The notes under the pieces are model-generated. The model had not been told where the DNA came from. It searched no databases and saw nothing but the letters and a program-made list of their open reading frames with translations. Source: Macrostomum lignano (Eukaryota). From it: DNA of 64,000 bases. Position 1 is the stretch's first letter, and every line of letters starts with the position of its first letter. Positions 60,817 through 64,000 of the stretch are shown piece after piece. The position numbers and the translations under genes were made by a program. The stretch lies in NCBI GenBank assembly GCA_002269645.1, contig NIVC01000981.1, forward strand, positions 191,801 to 255,800. Reading direction: 5' to 3'.

Positions 60817-61739
60817 GGGGCTACTGAGACCGAGAAAAGAGAATGAAGAGCTGAATAGATGAATAGTGCGGAGAACAGGTATCGGAGTTTATGGCAAAAA
60901 GATCCCATGGCACAGTCTCACACTTTCATACAGTGGTATTTTAACATTTCTAGAAATTAAACGCGGCATTCGAAGTTAGGGAAAATACAGTTCAAATTTT
61001 TTTTTAGAATCAATGAGACAAGGCGGGATGCTGTACTCCGCTGTCTTCTCCTTCCTTCCCTCTCATGGGTTAATTAAAACTCAGCAACACTGCAGGTTGC
61101 AGACAGCAGATCTATACACATACGGGTATAGATCCGATATTGACCGTGAATTTCTCGACTCTACCTAACATGCTTTCATCCAATTACGTGTACATTATAT
61201 CGGAGCTTACTGTACTCAACGCTGAGACCTACTCACGTATAGGTTGGGTTCTATCCAAAGCCAAAAAGGGGAAGTTAACTCTCTGTTATCCCCTGTTAAC
61301 GCGGCGCAAAGTGAAGCAGACATAACAGCCTCTTTCGCAACATACCCGGAACAAGACTGGCCTCTTGAAGATAAGAGAGAGAGAGACTGGAGAGAGCGAA
61401 AAAGTGGCGAAGTTCTTAAAAAAGAAGTTGGACTCCTGCCTACGTATAATAAAATTTGAGGCCTAACACTGTAGTCAACTGCGCGTGAAAATAAAATTAT
61501 ATAATTTTGGCTTTTAAGTCAAGCTCGCTAAAGCTCAATTGCTGTTACTAAGAATGAAGCACGAGAGAGAGAGAACAGGGGTAAAAAAATAAGATTGAAA
61601 AGAACTAAGTACCGATGCAGCTTGAAGTGGAGGCTGGTCCTGATCCAATGTGCTGCGCGTGCTCCCTGTGAGCGGCTGAGTGCCCGCCATTGCTTTCAAT
61701 TTGATTAGGAGGCTAGTATAGAGAGGTTGAGGGTTGGCA

Positions 61740-63848
61740 TGGGAGAGGAGAAAAGAGGAAAGGAGAAAAATGAGATGAGAGGAGAGGAGGACACAGGAGA
61801 AGAGAGGAGAGAAGAGGAGAGGAGAGGAGAGGAGAGGAGAGGAGAGGAGAGGAGAGAAGAGAAGAGGAGAGGAGAGGAGAGGAGAGGAGAGGAGAGGAGA
61901 GGAGAGGAGAGGAGAGGAGAGGAGAGGAAGAGAAGAGAGAGAGGAGAGGAGAGGAGAGGAGAGGAGAGGAGAGGAGAGGAGAGAAGAGAAGAGGAGAGGA
62001 GAGGAGAGGAGAGAAGAGGAGAGGAGAGGAGAGGAGAGAAGAGAAGAGGAGAGGAGAGGAGAGGAGAGGAGAGGAGAGGAGAGGAGAGGAGAGGAGAGAA
62101 GAGAAGAGGAGAGAAGAGAAGAGGAGAGAAGAGAAGAGGAGAGGAGAGGAGAGAGGAGAGGAGAGGAGAGGAGAGGAGAGGAGAGAAGAGAAGAGGAGAG
62201 GAGAGGAGAGGAGAGAAGAGGAGAGAGGAGAGGAGAGGAGAGAAGAGGAGAGAGGAGAGGAGAGGAGGACACAGGAGAAGAGAGGAGAGAAGAGGAGAGG
62301 AGAGGAGAAGAGAGGAAAGAAGAGGAGAGGAGAGAAGAGGAGAGGAGAGGAGAGGAGAGGAGAGGAGAGGAGAGGAGAGGAGAGGAGAGGAGAGGAGAGA
62401 AGAGAAGAGGAGAGGAGAGGAGAGGAGAGGAGAGGAGAGAGGAGAGGAGAGGAGAGGAGAGGAGAGAAGAGGAGAGGAGAGGAGAGGAGAGAAGAGAAGA
62501 GGAGAGGAGAGGAGAGGAGAGGAGAGGAGAGGAGAGGAGAGGAGAGGAGAGAAGAGAAGAGGAGAGAAGAGAAGAGGAGAGAAGAGAAGAGGAGAGGAGA
62601 GGAGAGAGGAGAGGAGAGGAGAGGAGAGGAGAGGGAGAGGAGAGGAGAGGGAGAGGAGAGGAGAGGAAAGGAGAGGAGAGGAGAGGAGAGAAGAGAGAAG
62701 AGGAGAGGAGAGGAGAGGAGAGAAGAGGAGAGAGGAGAGGAGAGGAGAGAAGAGGAGAGAGGAGAGGAGAGGAGAGGAGAGAAGAGAAGAGGAGAGGAGA
62801 GGAGAGGAGAGGAGAGGAGAGGAGAGAGGAGAGGAGAGGAGAGGAGAGGAGAGGAGAGAGGAGAGGAGAGGAGAGGAGAGAGGAGAGGAGAGGAGAGGAG
62901 AGGAGAGAGGAGAGGAGAGGAGAGGAGAGAAGAGAAGAGGAGAGGAGAGAGGAGAGGAGAGGAGAGAGAGAGGAGAGGAGAGGAGAGGAGAGGAGAGGAG
63001 AGAGGAGAGGAGAGGAGAGGAGAGAGAGGAGAGAGAGGAGAGGAGAGGAGAGGAGAGAGGAGAGAGGAGAGGAGAGAAGAGGAGAGAGGAGAGGAGAGGA
63101 GAGAAGAGGAGAGAGGAGAGGAGAGGAGAGGAGAGAAGAGAAGAGGAGAGGAGAGGAGACGAGAGGAGAGGAGAGGAGAGGAGAGAAGAGAAGGGAGAGG
63201 AGAGGAGAGGGAGGAGAGAGAGGAGAGAGGAGAGGAGAGAAGAGAGAGGGAAGGAGAGGAGAGGAGAGGAGAGGAGAGAAGAGGAGAGGAAAGGAGAGAG
63301 AGAAGAGGAGAGGAGAGGAGAGGAGGAGAGAGGAGAGAGGAGAGGAGAGGAGAGAGGAGAGGAGAGGAGAGAGAGAGAGGAGAGGAGAGGAGAGGAGAGG
63401 AGAGAGAGAGAGAGGAGAGGAGAGAGAGGAGAGAGGAGAGGAGAGGAGAGAAGAGTGAGAGAGGAGAGAGAGGAGAGAGAGGAAGAGAAGAGGAGAGGAG
63501 AGGAGAGGAGAGGAGAGGAGAGGAAAGAGAGGAGAGGAGACGAGAGGAGAGAGAGGAGAGGAGAGAAGAGGAGAGGAGAGGAGAGGAAGGAGAGAAGAGA
63601 GGAGAGAGGAGAGCGAGAGGAGAGGAGAGGAGAGAAGAGGAGAGGAAGGAGAGGAGAGGAGACGAGAGGAGAGGAGAGGAGAGGAGAGGAGAGGAGAGAC
63701 GAGAGGAGAGGAGAGGAGAGGAAGAGGAGAGGAGACGAGAGGAGAGGAGACGAGAGGAGAAGGAGAGGAGAGGAGAGGAGAGGAAAGGAGAGGAGAGGAG
63801 ACGAGAGGAGAGGAGAGGAGAGGAGAGGAGAGAGGAGAGGAGAGGAGA
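61740..63848. repeat. 2.1-kb (GGAGA)n-like near-pure polypurine tract
   Basis: Directly visible. Confidence 0.97.
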
Positions 63849-64000
63849 AAATAAAATATGACACTCATATGGGTAGAGAGAGAGAAGGGCAAAGCTAAAT
63901 TAGCCCACAAAGATGCAACGAAAGTCAAAAAAGGAAACTGGAGAGCAAGCGAAGCAAAAGAAAATTCGAAAATTTCTTTGCTGTTGTCGGTTTTTAAAAA

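Noticed and set aside
61230-61700. Possible further upstream - strand exons (donors at ~61227 and ~61610)
   Set aside because: No signal-peptide-like or conserved coding content; they cannot be supported without transcript data.
9498-63928. Many long ORFs in the supplied track with periodic translations (SQSV, LSPL, ERRGE, YPIYLSTQSTCLPNLPV, PPAVSNRC, LPEVKSLSFRAQS, DLSRFAV, HCS/AVR, GGSEE)
   Set aside because: They are translations of tandem repeats that lack stop codons, are open in several frames or on both strands, and lie inside introns bounded by good splice sites.

Overview
Repeat-rich eukaryotic (animal) genomic DNA, not prokaryotic. GC-rich spliced exons are separated by introns filled with minisatellites. 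The style suggests a flatworm such as Macrostomum, but that is an inference. 1-14 kb is an AT-rich transposon graveyard: a DD37D maT element with a hAT-type foldback MITE in its right TIR, more hAT MITEs, a PIF/Harbinger foldback element, a dead DD34D mariner, a Penelope-like retroelement remnant with a minimal hammerhead-ribozyme motif, and a Helitron/Helentron-type repeat. 15-35 kb holds four co-oriented + strand genes: a 5-exon DENN-domain protein, a C1orf53/DUF5522 homolog, a divergent Bicaudal-C-like KH protein with no visible SAM domain, and a small C2HC zinc-finger protein. 37-57 kb holds a - strand echinoid-like receptor (7 Ig + FN3 + TM, 9 phase-consistent exons; signal-peptide exon uncertain), whose introns also carry a tRNA-derived SINE and an IS630/Tc1 deletion derivative. 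Nearly every intron over ~300 bp contains its own tandem-repeat family. The most striking structure is that the receptor's transmembrane exon is bracketed by two inverted arrays of the same 17-bp minisatellite. Exon structures were built by eye from GT-AG sites and reading-frame continuity; no database searches were run.
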